64,000 bases of DNA, taken from positions 20,103 through 84,102 of the forward strand of contig FLMG01003519.1 of assembly GCA_900088475.1 (NCBI GenBank). The letters are read 5' to 3'. Position numbers and translations under genes: made by a program. This document shows positions 1 through 11,559 of the stretch, piece by piece. Source of the stretch: Hyphochytrium catenoides (taxonomy: Eukaryota > Protista > Hyphochytriomycota). The notes under the pieces were generated by a model. That model had not been told where the DNA came from, did no database searches, and was given only the letters and a program-made list of their open reading frames with translations. The first letter of the stretch is position 1. Every line of letters starts with the position of its first letter.

Positions 1-1243
1 AGGGGTGCAGGGATATTATGTCTGAGTTCGATGTGTATGATGAGTATCTGCCGCTGCTGTTCTTGTCTCCATCTGAAGCGCTATACAATTGATAAAGATC
101 ATCGTTCTAACCAAGTTGCCATTGTTCCGCCCCATTGTAAGCTGCTAACGGTCGATGATACTTCGGGAGAGGTGATCGGGGCATCAGGGCTATGTGTTGG
201 AATTTGTCTGTCAGGTCGGTATTGGGGCAGAGCGGTGCTGCTGCTTGGTGAACTGTGAGCTCTGGGCGGCAGAATGCTACTGTAGGAAGTGGACAGTCTC
301 CTCACGCGCTGGCGAACGCTAAGAGAAGAGAGGCCAAGGATGAACAGGGCGGACAGGCTTCGCAGACGTCCCTCCCGAGAGAGGGAAAGAACCTTGCTTC
401 GTCGTTTCTACGTTATCTAGCTGTTGTTTGGCTCACAAGCCAGCAGGCGGTACCTTATAGATGCCGCTTTGGGCTCTTGTATGAAAGATATGCAACAGCT
501 CGGATTGTGAGCGTGTAGGCTAGTGTGCCATTTGACAGGAAGACTTGGATTGCGGAATGACATCTCTTCCTTCAATCTGCCTTGCAAAATTGGGAAGATT
601 TGCAAGGTGTGAATCCCCTCGGCGCGGCCTCCAACACTCCGAACCGAGCAACTGCTTAGGATTCCTACTCTATCGCCTCAACGCCTACATCGTAAGATTT
701 ATATCGCACGTCACAATTCTATCAGATGACCTTTGCAATAGAGGTGACTTCACCGCAGCGGCGCATATCTCTTTTTATGGATAAGTAAGGGTAGGCTCAA
801 AGGAAGAACGAGGCGATCCGGGGACAGCGCACCTTCCTTGCCCAAAGCCAAGAAGCCACGTCTGCTGTTAGTTATTGAACAAGCCGTTCAGAAAGCTTCG
901 GACTCAACTGCTGCTTCCTTGTCCAGGGGAAGGACAGCGATCCGGCCTTCTTACAAGGATGAATAGGCATTGTAGCGTTAACTTTACGGCGTCCCAGTGC
1001 CTTTACCTTGGGATTGGCGGTGGGAGACTTCAGCAGGCTTGGGGTTAGATTCTATATATTTACACCACCAGTCAGGAGAAGACAGCAGCGATTGCCGCCG
1101 TAATGTTGCTGCTCCGTGCCACTCTAAGAAATAACTTCATACTATTATTAGCGACCTCCTTCAAAAGGCCCCGATGACATATTAGTTCTTAGGAGAGAAG
1201 CAGATGAACCCGTTGAAGCAGTCGTGGCCGCCAGAACTACCAT

Positions 1244-1735
1244 TTGCGGGCTCTAGATGCACCTCCTGCTTCCCTCCAAAGGTCCTCCTATATTGAGATC
1301 TCTCAGTGGTTGCGATGCGCTGATGAATCTCCTGCAGTCAAAGATAAAGACGGTAATGCCTTCTGCCTTAAGAGGCTTCTCACCCTGCTCGCTATCATCC
1401 GCTCCTTAAGAGGAGCCTACGGGTATTGTGCATGTAGGAAAGCCCAGCACTTCTTCATTCTGCCGCTCATCAACAATCTGCCGCAGATGGTGAAGAAGAA
1501 ATTAGAAGACTCCTCGTCCAAAGGTGCCTGCTGGTAGGTCTAGCTGCGTCTAATGTCCCTGCAATCAACCAAGCCTCTTTTTACCGCCTAGGTTTATCAA
1601 GAGAAGTACAAGTAGCCAACGCGGCAGTATGGTAGGTTTTCCGGAAACTTTATGGAGCAAGATGGTTGTTGAAGCCACACAGGTTCAACACGGGAGGGCC
1701 TCGAAAGGCCACGAAGGCGAACATTGAGCGCCATC
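1244..1735 (+). pseudogene. Decayed protein-coding fragment of unknown family
   Basis: Protein-like ORF 1244-1537 continues in the same frame through four TAG codons and a TGA. It overlaps repeat copy 1, and no clean gene model could be built. Confidence 0.3.
1583..1732. repeat. Copy 1 of a ~150-bp diverged direct repeat
   Basis: accgcctaggttta...gagaagtacaagtagccaacgcggcagtatg...cattgagcgcc recurs at 2998-3150 with scattered substitutions and small indels. Confidence 0.9.
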
Positions 1736-2997
1736 ACCAGGCAGGACGTCCATGCCCCCATCATACCCCTCTATGTCCCCCACAACAAAATAGTAGTCTG
1801 CAACCACCCCGTTCCTAAAAAAAACAGCGGACAATGGTGGTGCTTCACAACGAATATCGTCCCCGCCAGCACCAGCCGAAACTGAGACCCGCGGCACGCT
1901 TCTTCATCAGGTGAAGTCGCCTTCTGCTCTTACTGCTGATTGACTTCTGTGGCCACCGCGTTAGCCTCCGATCATAGAGCTTGACGTGAGCATCGCACCC
2001 CCAGAGTCTCTGGAAGGCATCTCATCTGTTCGGGAAAGGCAGGCAAGTGCCAGAAAGGTAGAACATCAGATTATCAATGAAAAATCTCGTAGAGTATAGA
2101 GGCTTCGAAACACAGCGGAGAATAGAGGGTGCGCTTGCCTCTTCGCAGTACATCTGACGGCAGCTTTGCAGTGGCTGGGTAGTCAACCGTTGAGATATTG
2201 CCCAGGACGGACAAATGAACCTTCGCGCAAGCCGGCTAAATTGCCCTCCGCGCGTAGCATAACCATGCCACTGGTCAATGATATATACTGCCCTACCGTC
2301 TGGATCAAACGGTTCAAGAAGTTTTCCACCCTTCCTAATTTCCCCACCAGGAAACTCCTTACGGTACTCCATTAGCAAGCGGTAGAGCAGTACCTGCGGT
2401 TTTCGTCTTATTGAAGCCGGGGCTGGAACCTCAGACAGGGACGCTTCTTCCACTTTCTTATACCCATAGTTTGAGACTCCTGAGAATGACAAAGAGGATT
2501 GTTGTCCTGCACCAGCATACCCTACGCTTAGAGCCATAAGGGGCTCGTTCCTTTTTCGATGTGCGCAGCCACTCCCATACACGAGAGCAGTATTGACCGA
2601 ACGATTCGGCTGCTTCACTTGTAAGAGGCATTGTTTCTTCCTAGCAACGTACGTAGACTGGTGACGGCCTGATGAACAGAGTTAGCGACGCCAGTCAGGG
2701 ACAATTAGGTGAGGAGGTGGAAGTAACTGCTTGCTGGATCTGCTGCTGCTGGGTGAGGGCGACAACCCCGATGACAATCGAAACACAAATGCGGAGCAGG
2801 GACTAAACTTTCCGGACAGTGAGGCCTAATGTGATCGAGTCTAACAGCCCGTACCTTAGAGCTAACAACACCTACAGTTATTCAAGGACTTCACCCACTC
2901 ACACGCCTTTTACCTCCAAGGATGTACCTTCACGATGTGCCACATATTTTACTGTCACATCGTAGTAGCACATCGTTCGGACTTACTCAAAATGTTG

Positions 2998-3150
2998 ACC
3001 GCCTAGGTTTACAAAGAGAAGTACAAGTAGCCAACGCGGCAGTATGATGGTAGGTTCTCTGGAACGTTATGGAGCAAGATGGTTGTTGAAGCCACACAGG
3101 TTCAACAAGGGGAGGGTCTCGAAAGGCCACGACGGCGGGCATTGAGCGCC
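2998..3150. repeat. Copy 2 of the ~150-bp diverged direct repeat
   Basis: Aligns by eye to 1583-1732. Confidence 0.9.
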
Positions 3151-4662
3151 GCTAGTAGTGATGATGCACACCAAAAAGTGCTGGAAGGGTGTAGTGGGGC
3201 CTGCTCTCTGAAAGTCTTTTTGCACTTTGTGCAACGTCGAATGTTGTACGCTTGCAGAATTAGTGATCAGACCTCGATGTAAGCCAAAACTGCTGGCTCT
3301 GGAGGCACGACGAAGGTCCAGCTAAGCGTGGGACGATAGCTTAACTCTGGCAGGTAGCAGGGCGAAAGGTATCAAAAAGGGAGAATTATTCTATCGACGT
3401 ACCTGGCGTCTTCCAGCGCACTTTGCAGTTTTTCATACATTCATGTCCTGTCCTTCTTCTACTTCTGCTGTAGAACTACCGTTTAGGCTACTTACAAGAG
3501 CTTCACACACATATACACATAGACATTCACTGCCAGCTGCCTGTCAGCTGCCAGTTGCGGTCATTGTGGTTGCAGGTAGAAAAGCGAACTAAAACCTCTA
3601 TCAACTAGCAACCTGTGGCTAGAACTACTACGAGTCGAGGGCTACTCGTACTACCGCTTGCACCCCGACACAACTCATCCTACGTACAGCCCAACCACGT
3701 ACTGTGAAAAAGGTACTGTAGGCCCAGCCCGCTAGCGACAAGCACGAGACCATGATAGTAGAGTAGTAGTAACACACTGCTCACAAACCCCTGATCTAGC
3801 AAAGATAAGGGTCCAGAAGTGGGAGTGTCCTCTCAATTATTGAAGAAGTAGGAAAGAACTGGTTATTGAACATTGTGATTAGGCTTTTTGTTAGAGATGG
3901 TAAAACGGTAGTCTGGCCACTGCAAAGTATGGGTGTTTGGGTAGGTGAAGAGACGGCGAAGGGTGAAGCGTGTGTATGTCTCTCATCACTATCTATGCTT
4001 CATAGCATACCATAGGTCTGTAGCGCCGGGCATAAGTCATAAGTCATCAATGTTTGAGTCAGACCCTTTTCCTTCTTGATGTCTCAAGTATTTGAGGTAC
4101 GTTGGAAGCTAAAAGCCTTTGAAGAACGGAGGAAGTCTCACGGCACTCGTATGTGTTCAGAATATTGTAACCTCCAGTTGAACCATCGAACTCGCCTGTC
4201 TCACTTCTTCTAATCCTACTTCTGGTGCACCAAATCACTTTTCTCCCATCATCTGCCTACTAAAAGGGCTGAGGCCTCTCGAGAAGGAGTCTCACACAAG
4301 GACTCTATGCCCTTGGGCATTTGTATGTGACGGGTAAGAAGCGGAAGAATATTCCCCCACGGAGGTCAGAAGGTACCGCTTCGCCTCCGAGCTCTATGGA
4401 ACAGACCCATCTACAAAGAAGTTGGGTTAGGAGTCCTCGATCTGTGGTCAAGTAAGTCTCTGACATGAGCATCCATTGCGGCTCATTCTTGCTGCAGAGC
4501 CCGATGGGAGTCTCCTCTTGCAAGATCTCTTCCAGAGGCATTCAATCAGTCATTGCAACGCAGGAGCAAACACCCACACCTGCTCCGTCGCGAAGCTCGC
4601 AACCCCGAGTGATTGCAGAGACTCTCAGCTGCTACCGGACACCCTCACCGGCAGCCTGAAGC

Positions 4663-5577
4663 ATGGCTTTATTGAGAATGCCCTTCCTAGCTCTTTTGCT
4701 AGCATGCTTGACAACAACTTTTCGTGTGGATGCCGCTGGAGGCATCTGCACAGTTCCCTGCTGGCAGCGAAGCTCGCCTAATGAGCCCGGTACTTTTTGC
4801 GACATCAGCAAGGGTGACCGCTGCTCTACTTGCAGAGCTCTCAATGACCACGGAGAAGCAGTCTGTTCTGAAGTGATTGACGGTGTCTGCCCCTCCCAAA
4901 TGACAACCTGTCCTATGGCTCAGCTATCGATGGCGTCTCTGATAGCAGAACTGGCATCTGCCAAAGGCAATCTTCAGCCAGTAAAGTCATCTACTAATAT
5001 CATCACGGATGCTCCAGGAATTCCGTCCTCAACTTCGACTTCCTCTTCCGTGTTGATCTCAGGCCTTGGAGAAATCGACGTTTTGCAAGGTGACGGCAGT
5101 CAAGCAGATGACAAGCAAGAGACCTTGGCTGTGCAGGCCTCGCCAGCGCCTGCATCAACTGTAACAGAACCGGACTTGGGTCAAGTGCTGGCTGGGGCGG
5201 ACATGATGTCCAACCCAGCATCGTCGGCACAGACGCAGCAGCTCGGGACGGCTACACGTTCCTCGAGTGATAGGGAAGCAGTAGGTTCAGCTTCCAACTG
5301 GGTCAAACTGCTTGTCGGTTGCTGTATAGCCGCTGGGACTGGCTTCTTTGTGTTTGCCGCAGGGCTCGCGGTAGTCAAGCTGAAGGTTCACTTGGATAGA
5401 AAAACAGCTGAACGCGTCCTTGCGACGTCTGCACCATCACCTGGACTCTTTCTGCCCGTCCCTTCGCCAACTGTCCCGCTGTATGACTTGGAGAATTCGA
5501 AGCGCTACGCGACCGAGTGCATTCCTTTCACGAAGCCAACCAAGAAAGACCTACTGGTTACCTACCAATGCCTATGA
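4663..5577 (+). CDS. Single-exon type I membrane protein: signal peptide, 8-Cys domain, Ser/Thr/Ala-rich stalk, TM helix
   Basis: 304-aa ORF. Hydrophobic N-terminus (MPFLALLLACLTTTFRVDA), 8 Cys in ~55 aa, low-complexity linker, TM segment LLVGCCIAAGTGFFVFAAGLAVV followed by basic residues. Confidence 0.8.
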   Translation: MALLRMPFLALLLACLTTTFRVDAAGGICTVPCWQRSSPNEPGTFCDISKGDRCSTCRALNDHGEAVCSEVIDGVCPSQMTTCPMAQLSMASLIAELASAKGNLQPVKSSTNIITDAPGIPSSTSTSSSVLISGLGEIDVLQGDGSQADDKQETLAVQASPAPASTVTEPDLGQVLAGADMMSNPASSAQTQQLGTATRSSSDREAVGSASNWVKLLVGCCIAAGTGFFVFAAGLAVVKLKVHLDRKTAERVLATSAPSPGLFLPVPSPTVPLYDLENSKRYATECIPFTKPTKKDLLVTYQCL

Positions 5578-5808
5578 GACCCAACCTAACACGCATCTCT
5601 TTCATAAAGTTCGATGGTCCTGTTCATAAGCCCTTTGTTCTATAACTGCATCTGTTTATATAAATGCACATCCTCTCCTCGGTGACTTCTGTTCGAAGTT
5701 CTCATCCGCACCCTCGTCCGACGCCTTGGCTAGCAGCAATCTATGACTTCTAACCCTCAGCACTATGTGTAAAGAGCATTCACGTAAGGGACAGCAGTAA
5801 GTCGTTTG

Positions 5809-5872
5809 ACTCTTGAGATCACATCTTATGGCAAATATACTCTTGAGATCACATCTTGTGGCAAATATACTC
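5809..5872. repeat. 30-bp tandem duplication (2 copies, 1 mismatch)
   Basis: actcttgagatcacatctt(a/g)tggcaaatat x2, then actc. Confidence 0.95.
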
Positions 5873-6004
5873 CCAAAAGTCAAGCTATCGACCTTCAAAG
5901 AGTGTTAAGGTCTGCTCCTTCAAGTCTGCTCTTCACCCAAGGTGAACAAGCTAGCGCTGTTAAGCTAACAAACTACTTTCATCCGCCTCATCTACCGGCA
6001 CTTT

Positions 6005-9000
6005 CTAGGCAAAAGGGTACAGGTAGGGTTTTCCAGGCTCAGCCATCTGCTGCTTGTCTTCAGGGCCCGGCACGTGGTCTCCAGGTACGGTCAAAATCTA
6101 ATGATTTGACACGTTAGCCGCAATCACCTACCCCTAAAAAATGAATGACATACCTGAACCTCCTGCAGACCTAGCGAGCTGGCAAGGAACTGTTGATAAA
6201 ACTGTAGCACCTCCATCTCGTTAAAGGGCATTCTGTACAGAAAGAAAGAGCATGACAATTTAGTCTTCCACTTTGCCCATTAGCAAGTATGCATTGCCAT
6301 AGCAACTTACACAAGGTCCAGCGCTTCCACTCCCACAGCCTCGACCTCACTCTTCTGGAACGCAGCAAACTGCATCACCAGTTTCATCAACTTTTTCAGC
6401 TCTGGTTTGGAGTCGACAAACTGTTTAAGCAGCTTCATAAAATCTTGGGGGAAGCCTCGCGTTGTCGGATCATAGATAGAACGCATGTAGGTCATCAGCT
6501 GCTCTTTCCATTCTGGGTATGCTGTGGCAACGTAGAGATAGGCCTTAGTAGGAGGCTTTGCAGGCTCGGCGGGCTGGCCCTTTTTAGCTTTCTTTGGCTG
6601 TGAAGCCTTGATCACTGAGTCTCTGAACTTCTTCATGTTGGCCCGGAAATAGTTACCGGCCCTAAACAGAACGCTGTCCACCTGCTGAGTGGCAGGCAAG
6701 CTGGGGATCACAACTTAGACTAGTTAACATCTCACTATGCAAGGCAATGGTGAGCCGTACCCAGCCTTGAAGACGCTCTCTTTGTTGCCTAGAAGACCCC
6801 ATACGTTCTCGCACCAATGGGGAGTTATAGGAGCCATAATCCGCACAAGCGCGTCAATGAACTTCTTTGTCACCTCAACATGCAGGCCCTAAATAATAAG
6901 ACAAGAGTAGCCCGCAAGGTGAGGCCCCGAATAAGCATAAGCCACGCCCATTTGGTAAGTACCATTCCCTGACGAGTGCAAACATCCCGATAGAAGTCCC
7001 GAGCTAGGAGTAGTTCGAAGAAGCCGGCATGCAGTGCATCACGGAATCGCATATTGTCATAGGCCGTCTGGGCATCCTCAACCTGGATAGACATGGCCGA
7101 TGGAGGTTATTGGTCATCCTGCTTCAAGGCTAGGGTGCTTTTGCGGCTGTCAGTACCTGTTTGTTCACCTCATTCTCGAAGATGCGATCGCTAAGATTAA
7201 CTTCTCCTGAACGGAGCTGGCCAGCCAACTCCTCTTCAAGAACTGCAGTTAAAGGAGAGTCCTTGAGAACGATGCAATAGCAACTACAGGTCGTCTCTGC
7301 TGCGAAGACGTACCTGATTTGATCCAATCCTCCTCAGTGGTCAGCCTGAGAATGGCAGCATTTGCAGTATCTCTGATAGCCATATAACTCGGTGTGAGAT
7401 ATGACACTCCTACTTGCCAAGAGTTTTCAACCCAAACCTTGCAAAGTTGGCATCATCCATTCCATCGCCTGCATCTGCTAACGCGATCCTTGTAGCATCA
7501 GCACCCCAGATCTCCACGGCGTCCTTAAGCATGATAAAGTTTCCTTTCTGCTTACTCATCTTCTCAGCATCAACCAAAATGTGACCATTTGTAAAGAAAC
7601 TCCTTGGCCACTTTGACGGATCATCGCTCCAGATCTCAGTATGATTGTAGAGAGACATTGTCAAGTGATTTTGGATCAAGTCCTTTCCTAAAAAGAGTGG
7701 GTCGGTGCCTTGTATGGGGGGCAGGTTTGAGACACCGCGCTAGACCTTACCTGAAACTCTAAGGTCCAGAGGATACCAGTAGTTGAACTCGGATTTCAGG
7801 ACGTCCAGCTTCTCCTTTGGAATCGAACAGTTCTCAGGGTACGGAGCCTTCAGGAAAATGTAGTTCCAGACGTCCAGAGTCTAAGGGCATGTGACAAATT
7901 GCATGATAAGAGAGCCCAAAACAGTGGTCGAAGCAGAATCCGTCAGCTTTTTACGTCATTTTGAGCGAAGTGTCTGCACATACCAGCTCTTCCGGCTTTA
8001 TGCCCAACGGCCCAGCTGCTGATCCCTCCATATTTCCTACGGATTAACGGTAAGACTCACAGACCCAACTGCTACTAGCCTTTTCACCTTACCTTGAAGA
8101 TGGTGGGCGACGGTATAATACGCCATGTAAATTGTTGAGTCTGAAAGAGACTCAATTACCCACTTCTCATCCCATGGAAGATGTGTGCCTGTTCCATTTT
8201 TGTGAGTACAACCGGCACCTTCAGAGGGGAAACTTCAAGCACTTACCGAGACCAAATTGCCTAGAGCAGGCCCACTCGTGGAGCCAGGACAGAGTGGCCT
8301 CAAACTGGCTGAGTACCACAGGGTTGTACGTAGTGAATTTTTCTGACTTGATATGCTTCAGAACACGCTCTTTCCAATCTTCCTCCCCATAGGCCAAATA
8401 CCACTGCTCAGTCAGTGCGACGACGCATTCATCGCCTGAACGGGACATAACTGTCGACTCGGGTTCGAAATAGGGCAGAGCCAAGCCCGCTGCAATGAGC
8501 TCCTTTCGGACAAGCGGCTTGGCGTCACATACTTTCTGACCCTAACGTGGTACCAATGTCAGAAATCTGCATTAGCCCAAGCCCTTTGCGATGATATACC
8601 TTTTGGCTTCCGACAAGCATTCTTCCCTCATAAAAGCCCTTTAGGTAGACTTTTTCTTTCGCTTCCTTTAACTTTTCGGTGTCATTTTGGCTCTTGATCT
8701 TAAGCTCGTCACACACCGTAACAGCCGCCTTGTCGCCATAACCAGGAATATCAATGATGGGCACCACCTGATAGTAGCGGGGCAAAATTTAGGGTTAGCT
8801 CAAGCCCTTCTTCCGATGCTGTTGTGAGCCCATACCTCATAGGGTAAGACCATATGATCCTCAAGATGAAACTTTTGTCGCATCGCCGGCTTCTCTTTCA
8901 GATCACGAAGAGCAGCATAATCGTCTGGAGCATCGCTAGGTACACTCGTAACCACTCCGGTTCCTTTCTTCATTGAGATTGTCAATAGAGGAAGTGTATA

Positions 9001-10760
9001 CACGACTTCGTAGGTGGCATTTGGCGCGGACAGAGGAGCTCCGAGCAGGTCCCAGCCCTTAAGCTTCAGCAGGCATTCCACCTTGCCCCAGACGCGGGAC
9101 TTGTTCTACGGTGAGAGGATCAATCAGGTTTTCGAACGTGACGAAGCCCTTCATATGAGGAAGGTCGATACCTGGTGTGCAAGGTTAAGGGCTGATCTTT
9201 CACTGCAAACAAAGATTTCCTCGTCGTCTATCTGGAATGCTCCGTAGTCTCCGTCCGGAAGAACGAAACAGTTTGTCTGGCCATACCTGTGCGAAGGCCG
9301 TCGGTGACATACCATCAATCAGCGAGTTTTGCAATCTACAGTCCACCCGCGGTTACTCACATTGTCTCCGGGCGGAGTGTCGCGGCAACTAAGAAGACCT
9401 TTTTGCCAGCGAGTGGGGCAAGCTTTGCTGGGAATGGCTCTACAATTCTCAATTTGATGAGTGTGTACTCTTGTGGGCCAACACCTTCTCCAGATGCACG
9501 ATCATGATCTGCACAGACCTAAGAACTCAACTTTAGTAATGAGACTCAATGCGAAGCAGCGACCAATAATGCAGGACAGCGACAAATAGAGCCTCTAGGG
9601 AAATTACATTCATTCGTGCAGAGGAACAGGATTATTTGAAGAAGGAAGAAGACAGTACTAACTTGGCCGTCGAGAGCTGAGTACACCGCTGGTCGTGTAC
9701 CAAAAAGAACTCTCTTCTTCTCCCTGAGGATGTGGAACTGCCACCGAATGAAGGAGTCATAGTAGGGATTGACACTGGTCGTGATGAACGCACGCCGCAG
9801 GTCCACGTGGAAGCCAAAGAGCTCCAAATCTTCCCTTCCCAGTGGCGGGAAGTAATGCAGCCAATAAACTGGGTCCACAAAGTTGGGAATGAGCTCTTCG
9901 GGTACCTAAGGGTAATTTGTATGTAAGACATAACTAATGAGAGTAGATATTGCTCCCCAGGCATGACTGCAGACTAGGAGGGCATACCATCATCTTTAGA
10001 ATATCCCATTGATATTTCACAGCACCCGTCTTCGCTACTGCCTTTGACTTCTTGCCCTATAATGGGGATTGTTAGAGCTTCGGAGGTACAAGTAGAGGCC
10101 TAATAGGATTCGACCTTAAAAGTCCCAGGATTCTGTTCTCCCTCTGCCGGCTTCCCTTCAGCTTTGGCTTGTGCGACCGTCTCTGCAAATAAGGGGTCAG
10201 TGGTATCAACCCCCACCTCAGATATGGTATGGTATCATCATACCCTCAGCACCCTCTTCCTCCTGTTTGGGAAACTTTGGCGGGCATCCAAACTGCTCTA
10301 GCTCTGCCTTCAACTTGTTTGCGGCTGCTTGAATTGGCATACCCGAACAATGGAAGCCGTATGGGAATATTGCATTCTCACCCTTCATCTTATGGTATCT
10401 AGGACCTCAACAACATTAGCAATAGAGGAGTTGCATGAAGTTGTTGCATAAACCTACCCGACAGCAAAGTCTGCCTTTGTCATTGTAAAGCCATGACCTA
10501 GATGAAGGCGCCCATTCATGTACGGGTACGGGAAGGTGGCAAGATACTTCTTCTTGCCAGGAATGGGGTCAGCCTCGAAGGTCCTTCCTTCTTTCCATTT
10601 AGCTTGTACTCTCTTCTGCATATCAATGAGGTGGTCTCTCCTAGCAAAAGACTGAAAAGATGGTTTAGTGCTCACAGTCCACTGACTTGCCAAGAATCAT
10701 GATGCTAACCTTTGGGGCAGATGCTCCATCTGCGGAGCCTGACACTGCTAGCTCCGCCAT
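6005..10760 (-). CDS. LARS1: Cytosolic (eukaryote/archaeal-type) leucyl-tRNA synthetase, ~22 exons
   Basis: Motifs [14 protein letters not shown] (HIGH), [27 protein letters not shown] (CP1 editing), [36 protein letters not shown] and KMSKQKGNF. All ~21 introns traced are GT-AG and keep frame from ATG 10760 to TAG 6005. Confidence 0.97.
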
Positions 10761-11559
10761 CTTCGTGGTGGGTGGTGCTTCCATCCTTTAAAGCTTTAGT
10801 CTCACTCTCAATCCAGACGAAGGAATCGATTCGTTTCTCCTAGATCCGCAGTGCGCAATGAGTAGAAACGGCGCTGATGAAGCAAGGCGTCCAAGCTTCA
10901 ACCACGAAGAAGAGCTTATGGTCAATGCCTCTGCGCAGCATCTGAAAGCTGAAGGCGGAAGATGTTGAGGGTTCGGATGGTGATGACTCATCACCGCCAG
11001 AGACTTTTTTCCACGGCTCTGCTGGAGACTGTGGCAGATAGCCGCTAACGATCATCATCTTGGAACTTCTACTGTACATCGGACAACGTCACTGAACCAT
11101 ATGTGATGACACCATAATAATAAAAGGCCCTTATGATGTACGGAGTATGACCTTTCAGGCTAAGCGATCCTGGCTTGTCAGACACAGCTTCATCATTAAA
11201 TCTTTGGATAAACCGGTCGGTCCCACAGAGGCACTGACATTAACCGGCACCGTTTGGAATAACGTAGAAATGCAAGTTGTAGTGCTGTACTTTACGGATA
11301 TTGAGATTGCTGCTTGCTACGGTCTTTACGCTGAAGTCCTGGCTAATGCTACTACCTTGTACACTTGTAAGTTTCCTATTTAGAGAGAATGTGCGCTGGG
11401 TCCGCTATTGAGCAGCGGCTTGCCATCTAGTTTGTCATTGACTGCGGAGGAGAGGGGGAGGGGGGAGGATTCACGCCTGTGGCCCGAGATGAGATGAGGG
11501 ACGTCCATGTTGTAGTCACGTAGGGCAATTGCAGTAGTAACACGTGCCGCTGTACCACT

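Noticed and set aside
2022-2618. 198-aa ORF as a DDE transposase or viral KilA/MSV199-like fragment
   Set aside because: The resemblance rests on a few residues (YIIDQWHGYATRG), which is too weak to call without a profile search.
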